NCBI GenBank assembly: GCA_951406725.2
Contig: OX597817.1
Span: 133,052,001-133,116,000, forward strand
Origin: Octopus vulgaris
Taxonomy: Eukaryota
Reading direction: 5' to 3'
DNA length: 64,000 nt
The position numbers were made by a program, and so were the translations under genes. The notes under the pieces are model-generated. The model saw only the letters and a program-made list of their open reading frames with translations. It ran no database searches and was not told the DNA's origin. Positions 28,632 through 43,819 of the stretch are shown here, in pieces. Position 1 is the first letter of the stretch, and each line of letters starts with the position of its first letter.

Positions 28632-29000
28632 AACAGTTGTATTGATTCATAAATCTCAATAAGGCCAGTGGCACAAGCTTTTTCGCTGTCATTGTGCAGT
28701 AATACAGTTTTAAGTCCAGCTTTATTAAATTCAATGAACACTTTCCATTCTTTTGGATTATTGCAAAAGCCAATCCTTTTTATCAAGCCACAAACGTTTA
28801 TCTCCTGTAAGTAAAATGATAAAAATTGCAAGTACCAATGGTAGAAATGGGAAACTTTGGTGTTTGGCTGGAGAAAATTCCATTCTTTATGTCTAAAACG
28901 ATGCAACTCTACTTTTTCTTTTTTTTGGGGGTGGGGGGACTCCAAATCGCGCACCAAGTCATTTAACATCTGCTTGACTTAACAAATGTGGGAAACCTGA
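28632..29000 (-). pseudogene. Decayed DNA-transposon transposase fragment
   Basis: LNDLVRDL...KEK.EL...WNFLQ...W..FI...K..LK.VLLHN motifs of a widespread invertebrate transposase family; superfamily assignment uncertain. Confidence 0.7.
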
Positions 29001-30284
29001 TGCATCTGTACCATATATGCTATCTTTCCCTATTTTCATATCACTATCAGAATCTTCAGATGAACTGCCGTCTTCAATGACCGCTCAACTTGACCGTCAT
29101 GTAGCGACTGACCGTTTGGGTCGTTGTTATGCACTTGATTCAGTGTTGCCAACTCGGGATAAATTGCATTGATCAAAATCGTCAGAATTTGTATAGGGTC
29201 CCAGGCTTTCAAAGAGTAAGTCCAGGGATGGGCTCCAGCATGGCTACAGTCAAAATGACTGAAACAAGTAATAGAAAAAAGAATAGTTGGCAAACAAAAA
29301 TAGCTTTGACCCATTAAGTCACAGATACTTAAATTTCTGAATTTTACTTTAAAAATTTTTACAAATGATTGAAAATAGGTTAAAATGGAAAAAAATGATT
29401 ATTAAAACTCCTTTACTTCAAGTAGAAATGGAAATATCCGGTGTCCTATAAATAGTACACTGAGACAATGTGATATAGCTTATTTAATGTTCTCATTTAG
29501 TGTCCTATTTATAGGAGAGTGGGACTTAATGGGTTCACCTTGGAAAGCAATTTTCATATTACTGGTATTAAGACGATTAAAATCAAAATATGGACGTGGC
29601 AAGAAATTTTACAAAGTGATTTCCATTTTACACAAAATCTAGATGTGATACAAAAAATTTAATTATAGATTTGAAATCAACCGAAATTAACAAGGAACAC
29701 CTATTTGGTCTCCTGTAACAAAATCTTTGTTGCCTGGTGTTATAGAACTCTTCTGGTTGTTTTCCTTGTAACCTAATCAATTGAAACCGAATCTGCTGGC
29801 AATAGGTTTTTGCTTTTGCTCTGTTAGGTCCGTAAGCAGCATTTGGAGGCTTCTCTGATAAGAGTTGTATTGTTTGTGGTGAAAATTTCATAAGAGAATA
29901 CAAAGACTGATACCTGGCAACCTAACTCCTTTAGGTTTGTTTTTTTCTTTTTTCACATGACGCCATCCTAGCAATTATGTATGGATAAGTTCACCGCGCC
30001 AGCCTAGAAACTAAGAATGTAAAGAACTCAGAACTACCGCAAAACATTTTACTCAATGCTTTGGCTATTCTTCCAATGTACCAACCTGGACTTTTATATT
30101 ACTTTATCGCTCGCAGAATGAGGCAAAGTTGATCGGGGTATGTTTTGAATTCAGAAGGCAAACAACCGCAACAATTAATCGCGAAACACTTTGTCCGTCA
30201 CTTCAACGAGTTCGTCACTTAACAGCAGAAGTAAGATGGTGGAAAGTAAACTGTAATATACATTGGTTTTATAATTTTAGCAAA

Positions 30285-30480
30285 AGGCCTGAAACTTCAG
30301 GGTCAAATTTAAGTCGGTTACATCGACCACAATTTTCAACTGGTACTTAATTTATCAACCCCGAAATGATGAAAGGCAAAGTCGACCACGGCTGAATTTG
30401 AACTCAGAACGTAAGGTAGAAGAAAAGCCGGCAAGCATTTTGCCTGCCGTGCTAACGATTCCACGAGCTCGCCACCTTAA
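30285..30480 (-). mobile_element. SINE family B
   Basis: ctggtacttaatttatc...gaaaggcaaagtcgacc...gaatttgaactcagaacg...ctcgccacctt. Confidence 0.8.
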
Positions 30481-30804
30481 ACTGTAATATATATTTCAAT
30501 TTATAAATGTGATCTGATCCAAGATACTGTTTCTGAAGTATTTGTTAACTGTTATTCAGCTTTGCTTAAAACGCTGTTATAAATCATAGGTATCGCATCT
30601 TCATTTCTTCTAAACCAAATGCTTCAAAAGCAGGGAGGTAAGTGATTAAATATGGGTGGATTTTCCCGGGAGAATTACTTCAAAGCTGGAACAAAAAAAA
30701 ATTGTACTTAAGCTTTGAGTTCGAATCTCAGTGATGTCCACCAGTTATTTCATACTTCTGTGATTGATGCCATCACATGATCTTTGCAGCCTTTAGCTGA
30801 GTAC

Positions 30805-30963
30805 TCTCTGTTGTAAGGTCTCTGGTCCAAGAGTACCATTAATACATTACTGTATATTTCCTGTTGTAAGGTCTCCGGTCCGAGAGTACCGTCAATACAT
30901 CTCTGTATTTTCTCTGTTGTAAGGTCTCCAGTCTCAGAGTACCATCAATACATTACTGTGCTT
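30805..30963. repeat. Minisatellite, 3 x 53 bp
   Basis: ctgttgtaaggtctc at 30808, 30861 and 30914, each followed by gagtacc.t.aatacat. Confidence 0.9.
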
Positions 30964-32445
30964 TTTCAAAGGTACTTTGTGTGATACAGAAATATATTGA
31001 AACAACTGTATTGTTGTCAGATATTACTTCGAGAATAAAGACATATTGACTCTACATTTATCATGCATTGAGTACTTCTTTTGAATTATAATCTGCTCGA
31101 TATTTTAACATAAAGATTTAATTGAAAAAAATTTATATATTTAGTGATAAGAACATTTTGTTTTTGGTCGTGACCAGTGTAACGAAGATAAAACTTTGAT
31201 CGAGAAGGAAGAATAAGAACCCTGTATGATGTTGCAAATACAAAATATCTATTTAGTTTTAACAAAACAATATGCCGTAAGTGCAAAAGACAGAAAATAA
31301 ATATTTACACCAAGTTTAGCAGTTCAGCTGGTTGAATGAGATGCCGATTCAGTAAAGATAGCAGTCGTCGTTGTGTGGATTCTAGCAGTTGACAGACTTA
31401 AGCTTTATCATGACCACTATCGATGTCCTGGCTGACATACGGACACTACCGAGTCAGAGGATGAATGACTTTCAAAGAAAAAAGTGCCAAAAGATGAAAT
31501 TGTTGGTAACCCCTATGATGCTTACACAACTGATATTTAATGATTTAATCACCTGCTAGGTCTGTCGATTTGAGTGTTCACACATTTGCTGACGTTATCA
31601 AATATTGACAGCGCCCTAATTTTGTTGTTGTTCAGTTTTACGTCCAAGCGTAGTGACTCGAGTTCGATTCCTAGGCAGTTAGTGTTTGGTAATCTGTCAA
31701 ATATTCTTCCTACAGATACATCACGTCTGTTTACATAAAACAGAAATGAAATCTTATATATATAAGGATAAAGTAAAAGGCGACAAAGATACAAATCGTC
31801 ATCCATACAACATTACCGATACACATACGCATACATACATTCGTACACACACGCGCGCACATACATATACAAGCATATATTATATATACATATTTACGTA
31901 TATATATGCAATTATATGTATTGTGTGTTTGCGTGTGTGTGTATGTGTGTGAGTACGCGTATGTGTACGTACGTGTGTGTGTACGTGTATGTGTACGTGT
32001 GTGTCCGTGTGTGTGTTTGTGTGTGCGTGTGTGTGTGTTTGTGCAATAGCGATTTCAGTCAACGTGTATAATAAAACTTCACATATGCTTCACGTGAATT
32101 TTATAAGCGTATTATTTGAATAAAATCCATTCTAAATCTAGAAAAACATCTCCTGAAACAGATCATAAGCGGCAATGCATCATTTATACGATACTAAGCA
32201 GAAATTAACGAAAGCTTTCCTATGAAAAACTAACATGAGCCCTTATCTTTAGTATTGATAACAGAAGCATGTAGGAAATACATATGACCATTGTGGTTCA
32301 CAAATTGGATTGCTGACATGAAAGTCTCAAACGCCACGACTCCAACTGTTTTAGTGGCCGCACAGGTACAGCGGTCTTTCACCGGCTGCCATGATAGCTT
32401 GTTAGCCACAACCCACATTATTTTTCTCCTTGTTTTTCTGTGTCC

Positions 32446-32481
32446 CTTTCTGTAGATGAGCGTAGGCTCGAAACGTAAAAG
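32446..32481 (+). ncRNA. Minimal hammerhead-like motif (A6 changed) in pLTR-like repeat ending at (TA)n
   Basis: CTTT CTGTAGA t GAGC gtag GCTC GAA ACGT A AAAG, followed by the ctgagcgt motif shared with the 4098-4310 family. Confidence 0.55.
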
Positions 32482-32619
32482 ACTTTTTCTACTCCTGAGC
32501 GTTATACTAATACATCTGTTTGTTTTGACACCACCTGTCTTCGTCTTTTGTTTTTTTCGTAAACTCTCCCTATATATATATATATTCCACTCACTGAGAT
32601 TTTAAAACTAGCATTTTTG

Positions 32620-32657
<38 letters not shown>

Positions 32658-33337
32658 TTTACATGGTCGTGGTGCCACGTGGTGAAATCATGTAATAACG
32701 ACTCCGTTCAGAAAGCTGGAATAGAAGATGTCATTGGAAGAAAGAACACTGTACAATGAATATCCACAGAACCAAACTGTAGCTTTTAAATGCTTTTACT
32801 CCCGGTCACAAATATATACAAGTTGAATAAATCACGAAAGATATTTACAAGCGAAAGGCCATGTCCTGCTTCTGTGCATCCTACGTCATAGCTGCTCACT
32901 GTCTATTAGCTGCCTTATGCATGCTTTATGCAAGAGCTAATGAAGTCATATCCTCGCACACTGCTGTTGCGATGACAAGGAGATAGGGCTAAGTGCCGCA
33001 ACCTCAGAGTTACATGCTGTGCCACTTAGTGGTGAGCTATTCAGACACCTACGGTCAGGGGAGGTAACTGCGCCTACATATAGAATAAGGATATAATCAG
33101 AACAGGATTATATCAGTGGACTACCACATAAGAGTGGCCGTATAGGTAAAACTAAATTTTAAAAGAAAATAATTATAAAATATAATTGTAATTAAGGGCT
33201 ACTGGATGTGATCAGCAGCCTACGCTAGAAGTAGATGTCAAATAACTACAATCCACTCTAAGATATGTTCTCTATATTTAACCACAGGTCGAACGCGAGG
33301 AAATGAGCGAGAAAATATACAAGAATCTTTTTTGGAT

Positions 33338-33399
33338 AACTCTATACCTCGAGATTTCATGCTCCGCAAGAATTTACTCTGCTTTCATCAGCAGAAGTT
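33338..33399 (-). ncRNA. Type I hammerhead motif
   Basis: Minus strand reads aacttctg CTGATGA a...t GAA ATCTCGAGGT A tagagtt; near-palindromic stem III, GUA site. Confidence 0.65.
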
Positions 33400-33941
33400 T
33401 ACCAAATACATATAAACGAGAAATACGTGTGCCCACCGATAAATACATCCATAGATACCAATGCATACACGCATTTCCCGTGTATACATTCCATCTTCTG
33501 CCCATCTTGGCCATACGGTTGATGTCAGAACTAGTACGAGGTAAATGCTGTCCCGTATATTAATATACTGAATTCAAAACTTTAAAATTATTCATATTTA
33601 TAAAATAGGGATATAATCAAAAAATGATTATATCAGTGGCCTGTGGTTGAATGTAGAGAACATATCTTAGAGTGGATTGTAAGTATCTGACATCTACTTC
33701 AAGCGTAGAATGCTGGTCACATCCAGTAGCACTTAATTATAATTATATTTTATAATTCTGTTTTATAATTTTATGTTCTTAAATATATATATATATATGT
33801 ATTGTTGTTATACACCAGGATGATAGTCATAAATATGTGTGAGTGTATATATATATATAACAATTGCAGCGTGGAAGGTGTTTATAAGCCATTTAAGAAA
33901 CACACAAAAACCGTTAGATTCACTTCAACATTTAAATTTAA

Positions 33942-33988
33942 TTTGACAAAATATTTTCGTCTGAGACCGCGACCTGTTCACTGACAAA
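33942..33988 (-). ncRNA. Hammerhead motif, G3-C8 variant
   Basis: Minus strand reads TTTGTCA GTGAACA g GTC gcggtctca GAC GAA AATATT T TGTCAAA. Confidence 0.5.
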
Positions 33989-34111
33989 ATTTCATGCTGC
34001 ATATGCAGCCTATAAACGCCTTCCACGTTGCAATTGTTTTCGTTCCACCACACGTTCTCAGATCAGGCCACTTGCTATGCAAGTTTATCTCCGTAATAAA
34101 TAAATAAATAA

Positions 34112-34160
<49 letters not shown>

Positions 34161-34162
34161 CA

Positions 34163-34880
34163 TAAGAGGAATGACCACCAAGGTAGACACCTAATATGCT
34201 AAAGCGATTTGACGTCTATCTTTAGCATATTAGGTGTCCACCTCGTTGATCATTCCTCCTAATTTTGTATGTAATATTATTGTTAATCTTGGGATTTTTT
34301 TAAATACGCTAAGCCACTGGTTTTAATTGATTAATATCAGTTTCTACCCTCATTATTTAATTTTTAAAAAGAAATGTTCTCTAACCAGTAAATTAGCTGC
34401 AGAAATTTATTAACTGCAGAGTTATTTCCAGCCTCAGTGCACCAAAAGGAAGACCTTTGAAAAATACCCCCAAATGTAATTTGCAGATCTTTATATATGC
34501 TCTCTTTCGGGTGAGCATTCTGTACCTGGCTCTGGAAATTGTGTTTTGTAAGCGACAGACTACGCTGATGAGTTTGCAGATATTTACATTCGTAAATATT
34601 AACAAACGAAACCAATCGTTGGTAATCGTTTTTTATTTTGTATATTTTCATTTGTCTTGCTCATTTTAACATTCTGGCGTTTTGTTTAAATTTTTCTTGA
34701 GAATACACTCTTCGTGGTAAGGTGATTTGAAGTCTATCTTTAGCATATTAGGTGTCCACCTTCGTGGTCATTCCTCTTAATTTTGTATGTAATATAATTT
34801 TTAATCATCGAATTTTTTAGATATGCTAAGCCACTGGTTTTAATTGGTTAATATCAATTAAAACCCTCGTTATTTAATTT
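34163..34880 (+). mobile_element. PLE-derived unit: inverted 42-bp end, two direct terminal repeats (34206-34361, 34724-34880) and hammerhead at 34558-34627
   Basis: Terminal and internal motifs are homologous to the 3' region of the PLE at 57190-58337; HHR core CTGATGA GTTTG...CAAAC GAAAC. Confidence 0.7.
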
Positions 34881-34889
34881 ATATATATA

Positions 34890-35590
34890 GTTAATCCAAA
34901 CAAGAAAACACAAAAAAAACAAAAAAAAACACAGCAACTCGAGGACGTGGAACAAATAATGTATTATTGGACGCTCAGGAAGGGAAGAATGATGGTTTGT
35001 TTCGAGCGGAGCTCTCCGTCGGAAACATAGGAGAAGGAAAGATCCCGAGAAGGGAAGACAGAGGGAAAAAAATCGGCAGCGGTACTCACGAGGTCACATA
35101 TTGAAAGACCGGAAGTAGAAAGGTGGAAGAATAATGTTTTTTTATTGAAGGTGTTGGATGAACGAGTGCAAGTCAGGCATGTTGAGAAGTGGTGAATGCT
35201 TGTGTAGGTGTAAGTTGTGGCGACACAAGTGGAAAAATGGAGGTAGAAGAAGAAAGGTAAAGAAGGAAAAAGTACGAGAAAAAAAGTTCGAGGAAAAAAG
35301 TTATTGTAGAGTCACGGACAGATTCTTTTGATTTCCAATCACGATTTCAGTGGCGTACTCCGGAAGAATGGTAACAGTAATCCGTAGGTGTAAAAATCCA
35401 GGAATTGGTATCCATGGCACTCAGTATCCGTGTGAGCGTGCGGTATATAAAGTTAATCCAAACAAGAAAACACAAAAAAACAAAAAAAAAACACAGCAAC
35501 GCGAGGACGTGGAACAAATAAAGTATTATTGGACGCTCAGGAAGGGAAGAAGGAGGGTTTAACGTTTCGAGCGGAGCTCTTCGTCGGAAA
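34890..35590 (-). mobile_element. Non-autonomous PLE/retrozyme-like unit with direct repeats ~557 bp apart, each with a hammerhead motif
   Basis: gttaatccaaacaagaaaacac... at ~34890 and ~35452; HHR intact at 35557-35590, degenerate at 34995-35026. Confidence 0.7.
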
Positions 35591-35629
35591 TATGTATATA
35601 TACGTGTGTATGCATGCATGTATGCATAC

Positions 35630-35797
35630 AACGGGCTTCTTTCAGTTCTCGTCCAACAAATCCACACACATAAAAGGCTTTGGTCATCCCAAGTTATAGT
35701 AGAAGGCCCTCTCCCAAGGTGCCACTTAGTGGGACTGAACCCAGAACCATGAAGATAGGAAGCAAACTTATTACCACACACAGCTACGGCTGCGCCT
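35630..35797 (-). mobile_element. SINE family A, 5' half
   Basis: gggcttctttcagtt...gggactgaaccc...ctgcgcc. Confidence 0.75.
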
Positions 35798-36314
35798 AGG
35801 CTTGACTGTGTATCACTAAACCTGCTCACTCAGAGCTGATCCGGGTTAAACAATAAGAACAACGATAACGAATTATTTGAAGTGTTTCCCAAAGGAAAAG
35901 TAGCAGATGGATCGACGATGATGGATGACCTTGTCAGCCAGATCTTCCTTGACGTGGAAACAGCTTCTCAAATCACAAGCCATCAACAAATTATTCGTGG
36001 ACATTGGTCATGCGAATAGATTTCTAGCAAGATATTAAGCCATTTATTAACTGGATATTAAGCAGAATGATAATTAAGGTCATTTATGAATATTTAAAGT
36101 ACAGAAAATATTGAAAACTTCGACCGATGCACTTCGATTTTTCTCCAAACATAAACATATTCTAAATGTGGATATCAAAAGAATATAAAAAAAAGACGGA
36201 CTTCAGTTACCAGTAAAGAGCTTAATGATGAAGATTACAACCAAAAACTGAAGGGATTGCCAAAAAAGAATAAAAAAGCTTATTTTTTTTTACAATCACA
36301 CACACATACACACG

Positions 36315-36356
<42 letters not shown>

Positions 36357-36610
36357 CTCATATATACACATAAATGCTTATATAAACAAATATACACATT
36401 TATGAGAGTACACATTTACACACACTCATACCCTCACACACACACCTGCATACATACATATATACACATATATATACATTTATATATATGCATTTATACA
36501 TACATATATATATATATATATACATATATACACATGTATATATTTATATATATATGCATATATATATATACATATAAATATATATATATGTACATATATA
36601 CACTTATACA

Positions 36611-36688
<78 letters not shown>

Positions 36689-36865
36689 AACATAGACTTA
36701 TACATACATATGAATATATGCACGTAACGAGATAAAGAGAACTGGTTTTGTTATATACGTTGGGCTGTTAACAATTGAAGAGATTAAAGATAAGTGTAAA
36801 TTTAAAAAAGTATTCAAACATACATACACAAGCACATATACACACACGCATATATATAAAATATG

Positions 36866-36909
<44 letters not shown>

Positions 36910-37333
36910 CGTGCGTGTGTATGTAGGCACACGTGGCGGCGGCGGCGATAACAGCGGGAATCCCACGTTATCTTTGACAGCAATCAATTTACAGAAACGA
37001 AATTAAATTGTTGATGTTGATATCATCTTTGAAAGTAACAAAATAACAGGAATATACGAAGAAAAAGCGACAGCAACGATCAGAAGGGTGGTGGTAGCGG
37101 TGGTGGTGGTGGTTGGTGCTACCGCTACTGTTGCTGCTGCTGCTGCTTATGATGATGATGATGATGATAGTGGTAAGGATTCGGATAATGGTAATTACAA
37201 TAAAGAAAATGGCCATATATACAAAAAAAAGAAATAGAAGAAAAACTTCGAAAATTTATTGATAATGATTGGCTGTACAATAACATGTGTAACAATTATG
37301 AACAACAACAACGACAACAACAACAACAACAAC

Positions 37334-37404
<71 letters not shown>

Positions 37405-37964
37405 CAGCAGCAATAATAATATTAACTGAACGAAGCAGAAATAATGTTAGATTAATAAAATCCATCGTCAAGTTGTTATCGATGACGATATCGAAAGCGA
37501 AAGAATAAAGGGAAACCATTATGAAAGCAGCAGAGAACCCGCAAAACCTGCTTTTCCCCCTGACAATATTGTCAGTAGAAATCTGTTGTCGGCTCGACCA
37601 CGCCATGCCCCACACCCTCGACTGCGGCACCATTTTGTGCTTCAAAATATATGTGAAAATCTGAAACTGCTTGATGTGATTAAATCAAAAAAAAAAAAAA
37701 AAAAGAAGAATAAGGAATAAAGAATAATGAACAAAACAAGCAAATAAAGTTAGAGATCCCAATCGTTGGTTATAATTTTTTGAATATCGTTTACAAAACG
37801 AAGCAAGGAATGAAAATAAGATAAAAAAAAAAGAATAAAAATAAAATATAAAAGTATAAATCTACTTTTTTGTTTTAAGCCATCAATAAAACTACACTTG
37901 ACATAAGATGATTCCGACAGAGAGAATAGCTTTAATATGTCTGCAGAATACACACATACACACC

Positions 37965-38000
<36 letters not shown>

Positions 38001-38018
38001 CATATGCATGTATGTATG

Positions 38019-38097
<79 letters not shown>

Positions 38098-39085
38098 ATA
38101 CTATATATTACACATGTACACACACACGCATATATATAAAAATATATACATGTGCATGTGTAATACATATGTATATTTAGTGTTTATATCTATATATACA
38201 TGTATTTATATATTTACATGCATGTGTGTATATATATATATATATATATGCATAAACATATATATATATATGCGTATATATATATATACATATATGCATA
38301 TATATGTATATATGTATATATGCATATATGAATATACAGACACAGACACATATGTATGTAAACGTACATGCACACATCGTACATATACATGTGTGTGTGG
38401 GTGTGGGTGGGTGTGTATTTATATATTCATATATATACATAAGCACACAAACACAATCGCACACTCATTGATATTGATGATCGATGTTTTCTCAAAAACT
38501 CTACTTTAAACCAGATATAGGCACATATTTCATAATTCCATTCATGCATGTTGTGAAAAGAAGTTTTGTTGTTTCCTTACAACCTGCCACTGCAATATGT
38601 AAAACAGCGATGCAATCAACTGTAAGCGATTATTTTTAAACATTACAAATAAATCTGTAAATATTGCTAACTGCTCAACTATAAATTAAGTTGCTAAAGA
38701 GTGTTTGGGGAACAATCTCAAGTGTATTAAAAATAGATTGTATAATTCAACATGCCTGCAAGAGGACATTTATCTGAATGTGACCTTTAGTTTCGTAGTA
38801 ACAACTTCGAATAAGAATTCCTATTTCGTATTTTCGAAAGAAAATTATCATCAGCTTCACGTCCACTTTGTGATGGTCAGGAAAACGTTTGCTTTTGCCT
38901 CTTACCTCTTGAATGAAGTACCCCTGAGCTGTCCACAAACTACATAAGAGGCCTATTTATGTATGTATGTATATATTTATATATATATAAAGGTAAAAAT
39001 GCTAGTTCTAAAATCTCTCTAAGAGATCAACGCAGTTGTTGTACTGACAATATTTGTAGCCACTTTAACATGGCTATTCCAATCG

Positions 39086-39403
<318 letters not shown>

Positions 39404-39456
39404 GGTTGATTTGGTATTTTTAATTTTAAATCTTCGATTTGCCTATATATATATAT

Positions 39457-40826
<1,370 letters not shown>

Positions 40827-40842
40827 ATATATATATATATAT

Positions 40843-41700
40843 AGGCAAATCGAAGATTTAAAATTAAAAATACCAAATCAAACAAAGTGAAAATGACGTA
40901 CACGTGGAACATGAATTTATTTGCTTGACGCTCAGTGTAGGATTGAAAAAAGAAGGGATGTGACGTTTCGAGCCTGGATGATAGGAAAGATTTGGAGAGA
41001 AGGGAAAGAATAGCTCGCGAAAAGTACGTGTGGGATTACATGGCTGAAGTGAACGGAGGTGCATAGAGATAAAGAGATTTTGAAAACAAAACGGGAAGAG
41101 AAGAGAAGAGAAAAAATTAGGTGTATGTCCTCTCTAACCGTAAATCCATAATAAAGCTAGCTGCTGTAGAATGAGTCAACGGAGTGTGGTCGAAAGTCCG
41201 CGATACAGTCGCCCAATCCGAAGAAGGGGATGCTCCTCAACTCGCCAAAAGAGAACTGTCCCCATGGCAACACCAGCCGAAAATTTGTGATCTGGAATTC
41301 AGCAGTGCAGTAGCGATCTCTAAACAACATACAGGTTACACTTCCCAGATCCATCAACATGCATGGATCTCTCGACGGCTCTCCACTTGATTGCACGTGT
41401 CATGGAGTTGGTCCCAAAACCCTGCACGTGTCCAGCCGACCCAGTGTCACCAACCTCGTCGACGTGCCATCTTTCAAAGTCGCCCTCACGCAACCCGATG
41501 TAATTCTTCTTTTCGGTTAGTTTATCATGTAGCGTTGCTGTGAATGCTGCCTCATTTATGATGGGGTTGATCATACACACTTGGGAAAGTGGGCAAGCTC
41601 CAAGTTCTCGACAGTTACAATTGGGAGTGAACTCTTGGTGGTGTCTACTCGTCTCCTAAAGACACTCATAGGCGCTCTCCAGCCTCTCAAGTGTGGCTAG
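40843..41700 (-). mobile_element. Penelope-like element 3' relic (GIY-YIG endonuclease + pLTR with partial hammerhead ~40957-40975)
   Basis: Minus strand reads CNCRELGACPLSQVC...IINEA...YIGLREGDF...IKWRAVE...GKCNL; pLTR has GCTC GAA ACGT C then ctgagcgt; ends at (TA)n. Confidence 0.8.
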
Positions 41701-42138
41701 AGATAGAGTGCGCCTTTGAGTGACTTTATTACCAGTCAATCATGTGTGGCTGCTTTTTTTTATTTGGTTTAGGATGTCTCTGTTTGTAGTAGCAACTATG
41801 TAATAGATGTGAGATCAAGTGAGGCCTACAAATCCATTGGCTGCTTCAAATCGTAATGCGAAAAGGAAATTTAGGAAACATATTTTGATGACACATGTTC
41901 TATACAACATCATCTAAAACGTTCTATCGTAATATAAGGGCGGGGAAACGGGAAGTATTTGAATCAAAAGATCGATTAATAATGAATCAAGTATTACGAT
42001 TTAAAAAATGTTCACAAGAAGATAAAAGTAACAATAAGCCAAACTCCATTTCCAAGGTGAATTATTGCAATTCTTGTCTTTTCTTAAATAGGTGTTGTTG
42101 AATAGAGATAACTTTTGGTGTGAGGTATATGGAATCTA

Positions 42139-42370
42139 AGGTGGTGAGCTGGCAGAAACGTTAGAACATCGGCCGAAATGCTTAGCAGTATTTCGTCTGC
42201 CGCTACGTTCTGAGATCAAATTCCGCCGAGGTCCACTTTGCCTTTCATCCTTTTGAAGTCGATTAGATAAGTACCAGTTACGCACTGGGGTTGATATAAT
42301 CGACTTAATCCGTTTGTCTGTTCTTGTTTATCCTTTCTGTGTTTAGCCCCTTGTGGGTAGTAAAGAAATA
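42139..42370 (+). mobile_element. SINE family B
   Basis: Full head aaggtggtgagctggcagaaacgttag; ggtat.tggaatcta occurs on both sides (42124 and 42371), TSD-like. Confidence 0.85.
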
Positions 42371-42484
42371 GGTATGTGGAATCTACTTACCACAAATTAT
42401 ATCTCATCGTATTTCGTTCTATACGATTTTAATACAGCAATACGGCGCTTTACGGGAATCCAGGTTTACGAGTTATATTTTAGA

Positions 42485-42890
42485 ATAAAATATGACACGA
42501 CAGAGTAGGAATCTACATACCTTGGTAATTATGCCAACACTATGGAATAACAAGAAAAAAAATGCTGGTATAGGCACAAGCCAGGAAAGGTCACAGAAAA
42601 TAAGAAAGAAACTATACTCTGGGATATGCCAAAAAACACAGATGGAGAAATCAAGGCTAATAGGCCGGATGTAGTTGTTAGATCTCAGGAAGTAAAAAAA
42701 ATGTGCTTTCTCATCGATGTATCAATACCAACAGATGACAATGTTTCTCTAAAAGAAACGAAGAAACTTTCAAAATACAAAGATCAGGAACTAGAGGTAA
42801 CTCAAATATGGAGTCTAAAAACTGAAACACTTTCTATCAGAGTAGGCGCATTCAGTATGATAAAAAGATATTCAGACAAATATATAACAA
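42485..42890 (+). pseudogene. R4/Dong-clade restriction-like endonuclease relic
   Basis: ILWDMP..TDGEIKANRPDVVV...CFLIDVSIPTDDNVSLKETKKLSKYKD...VGA; paralogous to 48230-48480. Confidence 0.85.
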
Positions 42891-42915
42891 ATATAGAACA
42901 ACAACAACAACAATG

Positions 42916-43003
<88 letters not shown>

Positions 43004-43017
43004 TAATAATAATAACG

Positions 43018-43625
43018 ATACTTAAATGTTTAGTACTTAATATGAAAAGAGGGACGAAAGCAGCTTGTAGAGGATTGCGGTTACCATCAGGAGAGTCCAT
43101 GGGTGAACCCGATGGTAGTGGGTATAGGTATTTAGAGATTTTGGAGACGGATGACATTCTACACGGAGAAATGAACGTCAAGGTCAGCGAGGCGTATCGA
43201 GAAAGGATGAAGATGGTGTTGAAATCCAATCTGAATGCCAAAAAATTGATTACCGCAATGAATATCTGGGCAGTTGCGGTGGTCAGATATAGTGCGTCCA
43301 TCTTCAAATGGACTAAGGAGGAAATATCAACACTGGATAGAAGGACGATAAATTTGATGACGCTGCATGAGGCGCTACACTCTAAAGCAAAAGTAAACAT
43401 ACTGTATACGAAAATGGTGGCAGAGGACTAATTAGTATAGACCATTGTATAAGGAGTGAAAGGAGAACACTTGCCGAGTATTTAATAGTGATGAAGACCT
43501 GCTGCAATATGCCGCGAAAGATATGGGTGTAAATGCAGATGAAATGATGGGCAAGGAAGAGTTTAACCAAAGAGCTGAGGAGAAGAGAAAAGACCTTCTT
43601 GGAATGAGAATGCATCGAGAGTTTG
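43018..43625 (+). pseudogene. R4/Dong-clade reverse-transcriptase C-terminal relic (different family)
   Basis: YRYLEILE...VLKSNLNAKKLITAMNIWAVAVVRYS...LDRRT..LMTLH.ALH.KA; flanked by (AAT)n on both sides. Confidence 0.85.
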
Positions 43626-43660
43626 AAGGAATACATTTTTACCTGCACTTTATTACGAAG

Positions 43661-43747
<87 letters not shown>

Positions 43748-43758
43748 TAATAATAATG

Positions 43759-43819
<61 letters not shown>

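Noticed and set aside
30805-30963. CRISPR-like periodic repeat
   Set aside because: Whole 53-bp units are homologous with no unique spacers, the context is eukaryotic, and there are no cas genes.
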